Origin: an uncultured delta proteobacterium
GTDB lineage: Bacteria > Myxococcota_A > Polyangia > Polyangiales > JAFGIB01
Assembly: GCA_963778655.1 (NCBI GenBank)
Contig: CAVZVA010000009.1
Span: forward strand, 288,001-352,000
DNA length: 64,000 nt
Direction: 5' to 3'
Part shown: positions 1 through 11,166 of the stretch, one piece after another
How positions within the stretch are numbered: position 1 is the stretch's first letter
Layout of the letters: every line of letters begins with the position of its first letter
The notes under the pieces: generated by a model
What the model was told of the DNA's origin: nothing
Databases searched by the model: none
Seen by the model: the letters and a program-made list of their open reading frames with translations, nothing else
Position numbers and translations under genes: made by a program

Positions 1-3000
1 CGCTTGGCAGCGGCGGCGGCTTGGAGCCGGCGCGTGCGCTTGGCAGCGGCGGCGGTACCGAACCCGCGCGCCGCGGCGGTGCAGTCGCCGCTTCGGGAAC
101 GGCAGGCGCCGGCGTGCTGCGCGGAATGGGCGGTGGCGCCCGCAGGGAAGCAGCTGTCGCGGGCAGCGGCGGGACGGCCGGAGGCCGCGGCCGCGCCGAG
201 CGCGCAGCGACAGGGGTGCTGGGTGGCGGCGGCGGGCTGGAAGGGCGCTGCGCGGGCGGCTCGATCACCACGTCCACGGTCACCTCCTCGGTCTCGAGCA
301 GGTCGATCTCCTGCACCGCGCCCGAGGCGCTGATGGCGGCGTCGAGGGCATCGAGATCGGCCGCGCTGTCCTCGGGCTCGTCCTGCTCGGCCGGGCTCAC
401 GTCGGGCTGGGCCGAAGCTGTCGCGCGCTGCGCGTCCGCCGCTCGCTGCGGCTTCGGTTCGGGCTCGGCGGGCTGCGGCGCGGCCGCGAGAATCGCGCTC
501 GCGCTCCCCGGCCCCGTCCGCACCCACGGTCGGGCGGGGCAGCGCCAGCGTCGGCGGCTCGCCGTCGTCGTCCGCCCCGCTGTGCGCGGCAGCGGCCTCG
601 GGCGGCTCGGAGCGCAGCAGCAGCTGCTCCGCGCTCGTCGCGACATCATCCTCCGCGCCGGCCTCCGCGTGCTCCACGGCTTCGCGCCCGGTAGCTGCGG
701 CCTCTGCGCCGGCCTCCGCCGTCGCGGCATCGCCCCGATCGTCCTCGCGTTCCGGGACTTCGTCGCCTTCCTCGGCGTCGAGCAGGCCCGCCGAGGACTT
801 GACGCGCCCGCGCTCCACCCGCTGCACCGCCTCGAGCGCCTCGGCATCATCGGGCAGCTCGCGCAGGACCGCGCGCCACGCGTCCAGGGCTTCCCAGCGG
901 TTCTTCAGATCCTGCTCCCAGGTGATCGCGATCTCCTTGAGCAGCGGCACGCGCGCGTCCGCATCGCGCACGCGCTGCAGCTGCTTGTTGAGGGCCAGCA
1001 GCAGATCCTGGTGCCGTCCGGAGTGTCGCAGGCTCGCGCGCAGCTTGTTCGAGGCCTCGGCGTCGTCGGGACGCAGCTGCAGCAGCTTGGTGTAGACCGC
1101 GGCCGCATCCTGGAAGCGGTTGAGCGGCCCCTCGAGCAAGGCTCCTCTGCGCCGCAGCATGGCGACCGCGGTGGCCGGATCGATCGCCTCGTCGACCAGG
1201 CGTGAGAGGTGCGCATCCACCGAGTCGAGCCGCTTGTGCTTGTCTCCCAGGCTCCAGAGCGCCGCGTAGATCGCGTCGCTCTTGGGTTGCAGCGAAAGTG
1301 CTTGGCGCAGCATGTCGAAGGCTCCGCGCTCGTCGTCGAGCTCCTGCTGCAGCAGCTCGGCGGCGCGCAGCAGCAGCCGCTCCGCCACGTTCGGCTCCGC
1401 GCGCTCGGCCACTTCCTTGTGCGAGCGGAGCATCGTCCGGCGCGCCTGATCGGCACCCAGCTCCGGACGCTGCGCGTCGAGATCGCGCGCAGCCGCCTCC
1501 ACCTCGGCGCCGAGCTCGGCCGACCCGCCCGCCGCCGCCAGCGCGGACTTGACGTACTGGTTGGCCCGCTCGCGGTCGCGCAGCGCGCCGTCGCACAGCC
1601 GCGCCGCGCGCAGCAACAGCCGCACCTGGTCTCGTTCGTCGTCGCTGCGCGCGCGCCGGCGGTCGTAGACAATCAGCAGCTCCTCGCTGCGGCGCGTGCG
1701 CTGCGCCAGGTCCTCGGCGCGGCTGAGCAGCGCCTCGTCCTGCGGCGCGAGCGCGCAGGCGCGCAAGATGCGGTCGAGCGCCTCCTCGTCCTGCTGACCC
1801 TGCAGCAGATCGGCGTGCCGTTTGAGCAGCTCGACTTTGTCCGCGTCGTCCGCGGCTTGCTTCAGCAGCCGGTCGTAGACCTGCGCCAGGCGGCGGAACG
1901 CGCTGGTCTTGAGCGCCAGCCGATCGACGTGCGTGAGCAACTCGCGGTTTTCGAGATCGGTGGCCAGCGCGCGCAGGCTGGCCTCCAGCGCCTGGGTCGG
2001 GTCGTCGAGTGCCTGCTCGAACACGTCGGCCGCACGGCCCCACAGCGTCGCGGCCTGCACAGGGTCCTCGGTCTCTTGGGCCAGCCGCACGTAGAGCGCC
2101 GCCAGGTCGCGCTGCATGCCGGCGCCACCGGCAATCTCACGCAACGCCTGCTCCGCCTGCTCGTTGCGCTCCTCGACCAGGGGTACCAGCCGGCGCCAGC
2201 CGCCCTCGGCGTCCTGCAGCCGCTCGAACGCGACCTGCGCTGCGGCGATGGTGGCCTCGTCCCGCGCGTCGAAGTCGTCTTCCCACTCGGTCAGCGCATC
2301 CAGGCTGGCGAGCAGCTCCGGCCAGCGCCCCGCGCCCTGAAGCAGTGTGCGCAGCCTGCGCTGAGGCTCCGGGTTCTGAGCCTGATCGCGCACCCATGCC
2401 TGCAGCGCGCTGATCGCGCGCGGCACGTCGTGCAGCGCGTGCTCGCACAGGTCGGCCAGACGCTTGGCAAGCTCGATGCGCGCGCCCGCCTCCGACTGAA
2501 GGCTCAGGCTGCGCTCCAGCGCCAGGGCCAGGCCGGGCTTGTCCGAGGTCGCCTCGCTGACCGTGACCAGCAGCTCGATCGCGGGCTCGAAGCTCGGGTC
2601 CACGCTTTCGACGATGCGCTTGAGCACCGCCGCCGCCTCGGTGGTTCCCGCTTCCGCCATGCGCTCGTGCAGCAACACGGCCAGGTCGAACAGCAGGTCG
2701 CGCCGCTCGCTCTGGTCGCCGGTGCAGGCGGCCAGCCGGCGCAGCACCTCGGCCAGCTCGCGCGGCTCGTCGCGGCGCAGCGCCACGCCGCGCAGGAAGC
2801 GCAGCGCTTCCTCGTCCTCGTCGGTTTCGAGCAGCTTGCGGTAGGCTTCGGCGGCGCCGTCCTCGTCATCCAGCCGCTCCGCGAGCGTCTGGGCGATGCG
2901 CCGGTGCAGCGGCGCGCGGTTCTTGGCCTCGGGCTCGAGCAGGGTGCGCTCGCGCAGCAGCTCGACCAGCTGATCGTAGCGGCCCGCGCGCTCGAACATG

Positions 3001-5243
3001 TCCACCAGACGCTGCAGCGCCTCCGGATCGTCGGGCGCCAGGTCGAGCGCGTCGCCGAAGTAGTCCGCCGCCTTGTCGAGGTCCCGCAGCTGTTCCTCGG
3101 CGATAATGCCCATGCGCGTGAACAGCCCGGGCCGCTCCCCCTTGGCGGCCAGCTGCGCGCGCCGCTCCAGCGTCTTGAGCAGCCGCGGATAGTTCTCGGC
3201 CTCCAGGTCGACGCGCTCCATGCGATCGAGGGCCGCGCGGTCGTTGGGCTTGTGCTCGAGTATCTGCTCGCACAGCTCGTGGGCTTGCTCGAGCTCGTGC
3301 AGGTGCTCGTGCAGGATGGCGGCGAGCTCCGCGCTCAGCTTGTGTCTCTCGGTCTCGTCCTTGCTGGCGTCGATGCGCTGGCGCAGCAGCGGCGCGGCGT
3401 CGCTCCACTGCTCTAGCTCCAGCACCAGCTCGCACAGCTCGTCGCGCACCGCGGCGTCGCCGGGCTTGAGCGCGTGCAGCTGGCGGAAGGCCTCCGCGGT
3501 CTCCAGCGGGTCCTGGCGCTTGTCGCGATGGATCAGCGCGATCTCCCGGATCAGCGCCGCCTTGTCGTCGAGCGCGGTGGTGGCCAGCGCCTCGCGCTCC
3601 AGCACCGCTGCCAGCTCGTCCCAGTGCTGCCCTTTCTTGAGCAGCCGCTTGAGGCTCGCGGTCGCCTCGCGATCGGCCGGATCGAGCGTGACCACGCCGC
3701 GCCAGGCCGAGGTGGCCGCGTCGCTGTCGCGCAGCTTGGTCTCCGACAGCGTGGCCACTTCTTTGAGCCGCATCTTGCGCGAGTCGACCGCGAGCCCGGG
3801 CATGCGGGTCGAGGCGAGCAGCAAGTCGCGCAAGCTCCCGTAGTCGCGTCGCTTGCGGTAATGGCTCTCGAGCAGATTGAAGGCCTCGGGATCGGTGGGG
3901 TCGATCTCCAAGATCTGGCGACACAGCGCGGCCGCGTCGTCGTGCCGACGCGCCGTGACCGCGGCGTGGATCTGCTTGCGCAGGTCCGTCACCTGCGCGT
4001 TCTGGCGGCTGCGCTCGTCGTCTTCGCGGCGTGCAGGCGGGTGCGCGGTGGTGGCGCGGCTCGCGTCGCCGGACGGCCGCGCGGGCTCTGCCTGCTCGTC
4101 CCTGGGCGCACGCGCCTGGCGCCCGTAAGCCTGTTGAAGCAGCTCGTGTGCCTTCTCGTTGCCGTGCTCGGCGGCGGGCTGCAGGCAATAGATGGCGTCG
4201 TCGAGCTGATCGGATTCGAGGTACGCCTGGGCCAACAGCAAGCGCCGCTGATCCGCGACCGGACCCGCGCCCGCGGCAGCGACGAAGCTCACCCAGTAGG
4301 GGGGCAGGATGTCCGCGCGCCCCTGCTCGGTCGCGAGCCGCTCGAGCAGCGCCAGCGCGCCGTCGTGGTCGGGCATCGAGGTCAGCGCGGACTCGAGATA
4401 GGGCAGGGCGTCCACTTCATCCACGCCCTGCGCGATCTGGTAAAACAGCTCCGCCACGCGGCGATGGTCGGCGCGCGCCGCGGCGTCGTCGGCGCCCTGC
4501 GCGCGCGCCAGCAAGCAGGTCGCGAGCTGATGCATGACCGCGATCTCGCCGGGCATGGCGGCGAGCGCCTGGCGCAGCGCATGGATCGCGCCTTCCTGGT
4601 CGCCCAGCACGTCCGCCCGCAGCTCCGCCAGGCGGCACAGCAGCTCGGCCTTGCGCGCCGGGTCCGACTCGGCTGCCGCGTCGCGCTCGAGCGCATGTGC
4701 CTGTGCGGGTCCCGGCGGCGCCGCCGAGCTCTGCCGGGCTGCGCGTGCGCCAGCCAGCTCAACCGCGCGCGCGCGGTACGGCGCCGCCATGTCGGGCCGC
4801 TGCAGCGGCCCTTCCCAGATCTCGGCCAGCCGCAGGTACAGACCGGCCACGTAGTCGGTGGCGGCGCCGGCCGTGTCGAGCGCGCGCGCGTAGGCGTCGA
4901 GCAGCTCGGTCAGCTCTTGCGGGTCGCCGTCCTGCTCCACCAGCTCCAGCAGGTTCGCTCCGGCCTCCGGGTGCAGCACGTTCACCTGCAGCGCCAGGCG
5001 GTACAGCGCCTTGGCCCGCACCCGGTCCCCGCCGCCCTGCAGCACCGCCTGGCCCGCCTCCGCGTAGGCCTGGGACGCCTCTTCCCACAGCTCGGTGTGG
5101 GCGCCGGCCCAGCCTTCCAGCAAATTCGCGAGCGAAGCCCAGTCGCCGGAGTGTTGGTAGTGCGCCTTGAGACCCTCGTAGGCGGCGTTGTCATTGGGAT
5201 CCAGCCGGAGCCGGGCAATGAGCTGCTCTGCGATCGGGTCCAC
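1..5243 (-). CDS. Giant TPR-repeat protein (myxobacterial AgmK/GltI-like type), 3' end runs off the window, at least 1747 aa
   Basis: Absent from the ORF track because it has no stop in the window. GTG at 5243 gives MDPIAEQLIARLRLDPNDNAAYEGLKAHY..., followed by helical TPR-like repeats and an acidic, Pro/Ala-rich region. Plus-strand ORFs 21..1205, 1209..3416 and 3474..6146 are its in-register antisense shadows. Confidence 0.85.
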   Translation of the reverse strand, partial: MDPIAEQLIARLRLDPNDNAAYEGLKAHYQHSGDWASLANLLEGWAGAHTELWEEASQAYAEAGQAVLQGGGDRVRAKALYRLALQVNVLHPEAGANLLELVEQDGDPQELTELLDAYARALDTAGAATDYVAGLYLRLAEIWEGPLQRPDMAAPYRARAVELAGARAARQSSAAPPGPAQAHALERDAAAESDPARKAELLCRLAELRADVLGDQEGAIHALRQALAAMPGEIAVMHQLATCLLARAQGADDAAARADHRRVAELFYQIAQGVDEVDALPYLESALTSMPDHDGALALLERLATEQGRADILPPYWVSFVAAAGAGPVADQRRLLLAQAYLESDQLDDAIYCLQPAAEHGNEKAHELLQQAYGRQARAPRDEQAEPARPSGDASRATTAHPPARREDDERSRQNAQVTDLRKQIHAAVTARRHDDAAALCRQILEIDPTDPEAFNLLESHYRKRRDYGSLRDLLLASTRMPGLAVDSRKMRLKEVATLSETKLRDSDAATSAWRGVVTLDPADREATASLKRLLKKGQHWDELAAVLEREALATTALDDKAALIREIALIHRDKRQDPLETAEAFRQLHALKPGDAAVRDELCELVLELEQWSDAAPLLRQRIDASKDETERHKLSAELAAILHEHLHELEQAHELCEQILEHKPNDRAALDRMERVDLEAENYPRLLKTLERRAQLAAKGERPGLFTRMGIIAEEQLRDLDKAADYFGDALDLAPDDPEALQRLVDMFERAGRYDQLVELLRERTLLEPEAKNRAPLHRRIAQTLAERLDDEDGAAEAYRKLLETDEDEEALRFLRGVALRRDEPRELAEVLRRLAACTGDQSERRDLLFDLAVLLHERMAEAGTTEAAAVLKRIVESVDPSFEPAIELLVTVSEATSDKPGLALALERSLSLQSEAGARIELAKRLADLCEHALHDVPRAISALQAWVRDQAQNPEPQRRLRTLLQGAGRWPELLASLDALTEWEDDFDARDEATIAAAQVAFERLQDAEGGWRRLVPLVEERNEQAEQALREIAGGAGMQRDLAALYVRLAQETEDPVQAATLWGRAADVFEQALDDPTQALEASLRALATDLENRELLTHVDRLALKTSAFRRLAQVYDRLLKQAADDADKVELLKRHADLLQGQQDEEALDRILRACALAPQDEALLSRAEDLAQRTRRSEELLIVYDRRRARSDDERDQVRLLLRAARLCDGALRDRERANQYVKSALAAAGGSAELGAEVEAAARDLDAQRPELGADQARRTMLRSHKEVAERAEPNVAERLLLRAAELLQQELDDERGAFDMLRQALSLQPKSDAIYAALWSLGDKHKRLDSVDAHLSRLVDEAIDPATAVAMLRRRGALLEGPLNRFQDAAAVYTKLLQLRPDDAEASNKLRASLRHSGRHQDLLLALNKQLQRVRDADARVPLLKEIAITWEQDLKNRWEALDAWRAVLRELPDDAEALEAVQRVERGRVKSSAGLLDAEEGDEVPEREDDRGDAATAEAGAEAAATGREAVEHAEAGAEDDVATSAEQLLLRSEPPEAAAAHSGADDDGEPPTLALPRPTVGADGAGERERDSRGRAAARRARTEAAASGGRAARDSFGPARREPGRAGRARGQRGRSRCPRRRHQRLGRGAGDRPARDRGGDRGRGDRAARAAPFQPAAATQHPCRCALGAAAASGRPAAARDSCFPAGATAHSAQHAGACRSRSGDCTAAARGFGTAAAAKRTRRLQAAAAAK

Positions 5244-5448
5244 GGCCTGGCGAGCCTACCATGTTTGCCGCGCTGCCCGGTCGCCGCTTTGGGCAAAATC
5301 TGCACACCCTGCGCAACCGAGGGTTGGCCTCTTTTTCCGCGTTCACCAGTCTTTTGGGGGAGCCCCGCAGCCCCGTGGAGGGGCCGCCAGCGACGGCAGC
5401 TTGTCATCGCGCCGCGCGCGGCTATTGCTGTGCGTCAGCGGAGGCGAC

Positions 5449-6066
5449 ATGCACGTAGGCGGAGGCGACGAGACAGAGGGCGTACCGTACGCCGATCCAT
5501 GGGTCTGGTTCCGGCAGTCGTTTGCACTGGCGCGCACGCGCGAGAGCTTCGACCCGTCGCGCGCCGCGCTCGCGACCGTGGACGCGAGCGGCGCGCCGAG
5601 CGTGCGCTTCGTGCTGGTCAAGCTCGCCGACGAGCGCGGCTTTGGATTCTTCACCAACTTGGGCAGCGCGAAGGCTCAGCACTTGCAAGCGCATCCGCGC
5701 GCCGCGCTCGCCTTCCACTGGGCTTCGACCGGCGAGCAGGTGCGCGCCGAAGGTCCGGTGCAGCCGGTATCGGGCGCGGAGGCCGATGCCTACTTCGCCA
5801 CGCGGCCGCGCGGCTCGCAGCTTTCGGCTTGGGCTTCGGAGCAGAGCCGCGCGATCGCGAGCCGCGCCCTGCTGGAAGCCAAGCGCGCAGAGCTCGAGCA
5901 CCGCTTCGAGGGCCATGGCGAGGTGCCGCGGCCGTCGTTCTGGGGCGGCTATCGCCTGCTGCCGGAGCGCGTCGAGTTCTGGCGCAATCGCGACGACCGC
6001 TTGCACGACCGCTGGTCGTTCACGGCGGCGTCGGGGGGTTGGCGCGTCGAACGTCTGCAGCCCTGA
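5449..6066 (+). CDS. pdxH: Pyridoxamine 5'-phosphate oxidase
   Basis: ALATVD..G.PSVRFVLVK, FFTN..S.K, YFATRPRGSQLSAWASEQS, WGGYRL.PERVEFW..R..RLHDR, WRVERLQP; GGAGG RBS before ATG 5449. Confidence 0.95.
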   Translation: MHVGGGDETEGVPYADPWVWFRQSFALARTRESFDPSRAALATVDASGAPSVRFVLVKLADERGFGFFTNLGSAKAQHLQAHPRAALAFHWASTGEQVRAEGPVQPVSGAEADAYFATRPRGSQLSAWASEQSRAIASRALLEAKRAELEHRFEGHGEVPRPSFWGGYRLLPERVEFWRNRDDRLHDRWSFTAASGGWRVERLQP

Positions 6067-6331
6067 CCGTGCGGGCTCGTTCGCAAGCCGTCATTTTGCC
6101 GGCCTCGCGCGCCAACGTGGGCCAGCGCTCGGTCTCGCGCGCCTAAGGCCGATCACGTTATCCGAGCCCGCACATGCCCCTGGGCTCACGGCAGGAGCGC
6201 GCATGACTAGGCCAACATGGGTCAGTCTCGTTGCAGCGCTTTGGGTGCGCACATTGCACACTCTTGCTCACACGTGGCATTTCCACGCGGAAAAACCGCA
6301 GCACGTCGTGCAATCGCTTGCGCGGACTATC

Positions 6332-6359
6332 TTGACTGCCACGCGGCGAACATTAGTCT
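6332..6359 (+). promoter_or_regulatory. Putative sigma70 promoter of the cold-shock gene, implying a ~170-nt 5' UTR
   Basis: TTGACT-16nt-TAGTCT in a lower-GC intergenic region; long 5' UTRs are typical of cspA-type genes. Confidence 0.5.
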
Positions 6360-6535
6360 TCGGCTTCGAAGTGGGGGGCGCGCTTGGGTCTTCGTGCTTG
6401 CGGCTTCGCGAATGAGTTTGTTCACGTGCCATGTGATGGGGGCGAGCGAAGGGTCTCGAACAACTTGCACGTGAGCGTTCGGTTGAAAGAAGGACAAGGC
6501 GGCGCCGCTGCCTGATGGAGGAAGGACGTACGATA

Positions 6536-6748
6536 ATGCCGTTAGGTACTGTGAAATGGTTCAACGACGCGAAGGGGTTCGGTTTCATCAAGCAGGACAA
6601 CGACGCCGACGTGTTCGTGCATTACTCGCAGATAGCAGGTGACGGCTTTCGAACCTTGGAGGAAGGCCAGACGGTGCGTTTCGAGCTGAAGGAGGGACCG
6701 AAGGGCCTGTTCGCAGAGAACGTCAGCAAGGTTGAAGGGGGGGCCTGA
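6536..6748 (+). CDS. cspA: Cold-shock protein (CSD)
   Basis: [15 protein letters not shown] (RNP1), DVFVHYSQI (RNP2), [13 protein letters not shown]; paralog identity not resolvable. Confidence 0.95.
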   Translation: MPLGTVKWFNDAKGFGFIKQDNDADVFVHYSQIAGDGFRTLEEGQTVRFELKEGPKGLFAENVSKVEGGA

Positions 6749-6849
6749 GTCGCAAGCCGCACGGCAGGGCTCGCGATCCTCACGAGGATCGCGAGCTCTG
6801 ATCGGCGCGCGCCGCACCGGCCGAGGCTTTGATCGCACGCTGGCGCGTT

Positions 6850-7281
6850 TCAGCGATCGACGCACTTTGGCAGCTGCAGGGCCCAGCGCACATCGTCGAT
6901 CAGCGCATCGAGCGTCCGCGCCTCCTTGGCGAACGTGACCTCGTGCCACACGTCGAGCACTTGTGAAGCGTCGACCGGATCGGTGATCTCACGCGTGACC
7001 GCTCCGGTCTCGCGAAAGCCGCGTGCCTCGGCGCTTTGCCGCAGGGCTCGGCGAACCTTCTCGAACAGCTCCTCCGGATCTGCAGAAGGAAAGTCCGAGC
7101 GCTGGCTGCGTACCGTCATGCGGACGCACGGCGGCTCGGCCGCTGCGACCGTGATTCCAGAGTCCATCAGGTGCATGCGGACGCGTTCCGCGACGCGAAT
7201 CTCCGTGGCGCTGCTGCGATAGATCTCGAGCCCTGCCTCGAGGATGGCCTGCTTCAACTCGTCCAGGCTCGGCGTGCTCAC
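6850..7281 (-). CDS. Hypothetical protein, 143 aa
   Basis: AGGAG RBS before GTG; globular-looking composition. Confidence 0.75.
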   Translation of the reverse strand: MSTPSLDELKQAILEAGLEIYRSSATEIRVAERVRMHLMDSGITVAAAEPPCVRMTVRSQRSDFPSADPEELFEKVRRALRQSAEARGFRETGAVTREITDPVDASQVLDVWHEVTFAKEARTLDALIDDVRWALQLPKCVDR

Positions 7282-7481
7282 GGGGCTCCTTGTTCGCTCG
7301 GCACAGACGATGTTAACACTGTACGCAGAAGCGCGGCAATTTGACCCGCGCGCCGAGGCGGCGCGCGACGGCGCGCACGCCTGTATCCAAGCTCAGCATG
7401 TAAGCGGCCATAATGACATGATTTTCTTTGTTCAGCCTGGCGGTTCCCGAGCATTTGCGCGACAATTGAGCACAGGCTGGG

Positions 7482-7775
7482 ATGAGCAAGGCGGACCCGT
7501 CGGCGGCCGAAGGCGTGGGACGTAGAGTTGCTGAGCGCTATCCGCTCAACGCCGACGTCGAGATTCTCGAGCCCTTCAACGCGCACGGGGTGGTGATCAA
7601 CGCGAGCGCGGGCGGGTTGCGCGTGGCGGTCAATGTTGCGCTCCCGCTCGACGCGGTGTGCGTAGTCGAGGTCCAGCTCGACGAGGGCAAGACGGTCGAG
7701 CTCGCACGCGTCGCCTGGGTCAAGGAGCATCCGGACGGCTATTTGGTGGGCCTGAGCTTCGTGCAGGAGGACTGA
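7482..7775 (+). CDS. Stand-alone PilZ domain protein
   Basis: RRVAERYP (RxxxR), NASAGG (D/NxSxxG), ARVAWV...VGLSF. Confidence 0.85.
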   Translation: MSKADPSAAEGVGRRVAERYPLNADVEILEPFNAHGVVINASAGGLRVAVNVALPLDAVCVVEVQLDEGKTVELARVAWVKEHPDGYLVGLSFVQED

Positions 7776-10537
7776 GCTCGGCCGCTGGCGCCATCTGCCG
7801 CAACAGGCGTTCGACCTGCTGCAGCTCTGCGCCGTAGCCGGCCCAGTCTCCACGGCGCTGCGCCTCGATCGCCCGCTCGAAGTGCTGCAGCGCTTGGGCC
7901 GCCGGCTGCTCGCCCGCCGCCGGTGTGCTCGCCGCCGGCGCCGGCTCCGGCACGCTCTCGGGTTGGGACGTGGCCGGGCCTGGCTGCGTCGGCGCGGCGC
8001 GCGCTTGCTCGGCTTCGGGCCCGAAGAATCGCTTCGACTGCCTCGCGCAGCGAAGGCCGCATCGCGATGTGCTTTTCGTAGGCCACGATCACGCGCTTGA
8101 GCTCGGGGATCTTGCCGCCTTCCGAGCGCAGGTACAGCGGCCGCACGTAGAGCAAGGACTCCTCTACCGGGACCACCAGCAGGGTGCCGAAGATCGCCTG
8201 CGAGCCGTGTTGGTCCCAGAGCGAGATCTGACGCGAGATCTCGGCGTCCTGGTTGATGCGGTTGACGACCTGCTGCGGCCCGAACACCAGGCGGTCTTTG
8301 GGAAAGCGGTACACCATCAGCTGGCCGAGTGCCGCGCCGTCGGAGCGCGCGACCATCCAGGCCGCCAGGTTGTCTTTGCGCTTGGGCGTGAAAGGCAGCA
8401 TGAGGATGAACTCCGCGTGCGACTCGCCCGGCAACTTCATCACCGTGTAGTACGGCTGGGTCTTGGTCTTGCCGTCGCCGCCCGCGATCGCGGGCACCTC
8501 CCATTGGTCCTCGCGGTTGTAGAGCAGGTCGGGCGCGCGCATGTGGTAGACGGTGAACATCTCGGTTTGGATGCCGAAGATCAGCTGCGGGTAGCGCAGG
8601 TGCGCGCGCAGATCGGACGGCATGCGTGAGAGCGGGACGAAGCTGTGGGGAAAGGCGCGCCGCCACGCGCGCAGCAGCGGATCGGTCGGGTCCGCCGCGT
8701 ACAGCGTGACCGTGCCATCGTAGGCGTCGATCACCGCCTTGACCGAGTTACGCAGGTAGTTGAGGCTGCCGTGCTGCACCGGTTGGGCGTAGGGGTAACG
8801 GTTGCTCGTAGTGTACGCGTCGCAGATCCAAGACAGCGTGCCGTCCTTCCGCACTACCAGGTAGGGGTCGGGGTCGAGCGCCAGGAATGGCGCAATGCGC
8901 CGCAGGCGATCGAGGATGTTGCGGTAGAGCAGCACCCGACTGTTCGAGTCGATGTCATCGGAGAGCAGGAGCTCGACCGAGCCCAGCTTGACCGCGAGCG
9001 CGATGCGCACCAGCTGGGAATCGAACGGCAGCCCACCCTTGCCGGCGTAGTCCGTGTGGACGCCGCCCGAGGTCGATGGATAGTCGAATTCGTGGTTTCG
9101 CGTGTGCACGAAGACGTGGTCGCTGGAGAGCTCGCCGTAATAGATGCCCGGACGCTCGACTTTTATGTCGGGCGTGTTGGAGACCGGCGGAATGTCCTGC
9201 ACGAGCAACACCGGCAGCCCCTCGGGCGTGGTCTCGTTGACCAGGCCCAGCGTCAGGCCGTAGCCGTGCGTGAAGGTGAAGCGTTTGTTGATCCAGGTAG
9301 GATTCGGCAGGCTGTCCGAGTTGAGCTCGCGCGCAGAGGCCATGGTCTGGCGCAGCTTGCCCCCGATAAGATAGCGGTCGTTGTCGACGGACGCGAAATC
9401 GTAGTAGGTGCGGATCTCCTGGATCTGGGCGAAGGTTTCCAGCAGCGGCTGGTGGTCCCACAGCCGGACGTTGTCGATCGTGTCGCGGTTTGCCGCGATG
9501 TCGGCCGCGGTCAACGTGGCGCTGGCCGAAAGGTCTCTTTCCACCACCCGGTCGAGCGCATAGGCGGCGCGCGTGGCGTCGATGTTGAACGCCAGATACG
9601 GGCTCTCGCGCTCCAGCTCGTTGGGCTTGACGCTCAGGCGGTGCACCAGCTCTGGATAGATCTGGGTCGCCAGCTGGGCGCCGAGGTAGAGCACCCCCGC
9701 GATCACCGCGGGGCCGAGGCGGTTGCTCGCGGCTGCGGCCAGCACCAGCACCGAGCCCACCGCGGCCAGGCCGATTAGCACGCGCAGCGCCGGCAGCCTG
9801 GCGTGGATGTCGGCATAGCTCGCGCCCGCCATCGGCCCCAGCCGCGAATACAGCACGTCGAAGGTGTCCAGGTACGCACGCACGGTCAGTGCCGCGAACA
9901 GCAGAGCGAGCAGCACCCCCAGGTGCAGCCTCGCCGACCGCTCGAAGCGGGCGTGACGGTCGCCCACCGCGACCGCACCACCGAGCAGGTAGAACACCAC
10001 GGCTGCAGCCAGCGCGCCGCCGAGCAGCCACAGCAGCAGCGAGCAAGCCGCGTCGTAGAAGGGCAGGCGGAACAGGTAAAAGCCGACGTCGTTGCCGAAA
10101 ATCGGATCGCGCCGCCCGACGTTGCCGCCGTGCTCGAACAGCAGCAGCCGGGGATAGAAGCGCTCGTGGTAGAGAGCGACCAGCAGCGCGATCGCGATCG
10201 AGGCCGGAAGCGAGAGCCGCTGCGCGAGCTCGCGCAGGTTCAGCCGGGGCAGCCCGTCGGGGTCGTGGAGCACCAGGGGAACCAGGTCGCGGCAGCTGCG
10301 AGCCGCGAGCCGCAGATTGCCGAGCAGCACGGCCAGCGTAGCGAGCCCCGTCCCCAGCGCCAGGCCCAGGCGGCTGGTCAGGGTTGTCGCGAAGATCTCG
10401 CCGAAGCCGAGGGCGGCGAACCAGCGCGCGTTCACGTAGAGCGACGCGGCCATGGGCGTGGCGACGATCAGCGCGAACAGCGGCAGAAAGACGCGCGTCA
10501 GCAGCCCCGGGCTTGGCTTTTCGGCGGCGCGAGCCAT
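7720..10537 (-). CDS. UPF0182 family membrane protein, with an apparent +1 frameshift near 8027
   Basis: DPIFGNDVGFYLFRLP, NVRLWD, YYDF..VDNDRY, FTHGYG, NYLRNSVKAVIDAYDG, HLRYP, IPELKRVI. The conserved tail (AQRRGDWAGYGAEL) is in another frame (ORF 7720..7953). Confidence 0.9.
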
Positions 10538-10703
10538 GGCCCACCTGGCGCTACCACGATTCGCCGGGGTCCAGCAATTGCCAAGCGAAACCAGAGGGTT
10601 TTGAGCTGGCCCTTGCCCCGGCATGGAGGGGCTTGTAGGATTATTGCAGACCTTTGGGCGTACCCGGATCCCGGGACGCCACTAAGGTGGAGGAAGGTCT
10701 CCA

Positions 10704-11102
10704 ATGCGCCGTCGAATGTTTCTGTCGAAGATCCACCGCGCCGTGGTGACGCATGCCGACCTGGACTACGAAGGCAGCTGCACCATCGACGCGGACCTGC
10801 TCGATGCGGCCGACATCCTGCCCAACCAGGAGCTGCATATCTGGAACGTCACCCGCGGCACCCGCATCGTGACGTACGCGCTGCCGGGCCCCCGCGGCTC
10901 CGGCGTGATCTGCATCAACGGAGCGGCCGCCCACAATAACGAGCCGGGCGACCTGGTGATCCTGGCCACCTTTGGCGAGATGGACAGCGAGGAGGCTCAC
11001 AGCTTCGAGCCGAAGGTCGTGATGGTGGACAAGCACAACCGCGTCAAGGGGGTTCGGGCCGAGGTCCCGGGCCCACAGATGCCGCCGCGGATCGAAGCCT
11101 GA
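10704..11102 (+). CDS. panD: Aspartate 1-decarboxylase
   Basis: [22 protein letters not shown] self-cleavage site, [17 protein letters not shown]. Confidence 0.97.
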   Translation: MRRRMFLSKIHRAVVTHADLDYEGSCTIDADLLDAADILPNQELHIWNVTRGTRIVTYALPGPRGSGVICINGAAAHNNEPGDLVILATFGEMDSEEAHSFEPKVVMVDKHNRVKGVRAEVPGPQMPPRIEA

Positions 11103-11166
11103 GCGCGGCCGGCCCAAGCGGGGTCGAATCTCCGGCGCCAGAACCTGAGCGCGGAAGGTCGATGCG

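Noticed and set aside
21..6146. Long plus-strand ORFs (394, 735 and 890 aa)
   Set aside because: In-register antisense shadows of the minus-strand TPR gene
7720..7775. Convergent 3' overlaps (also 19280-19326) as antisense regulation
   Set aside because: Short stop-codon run-on overlaps are common in high-GC genomes
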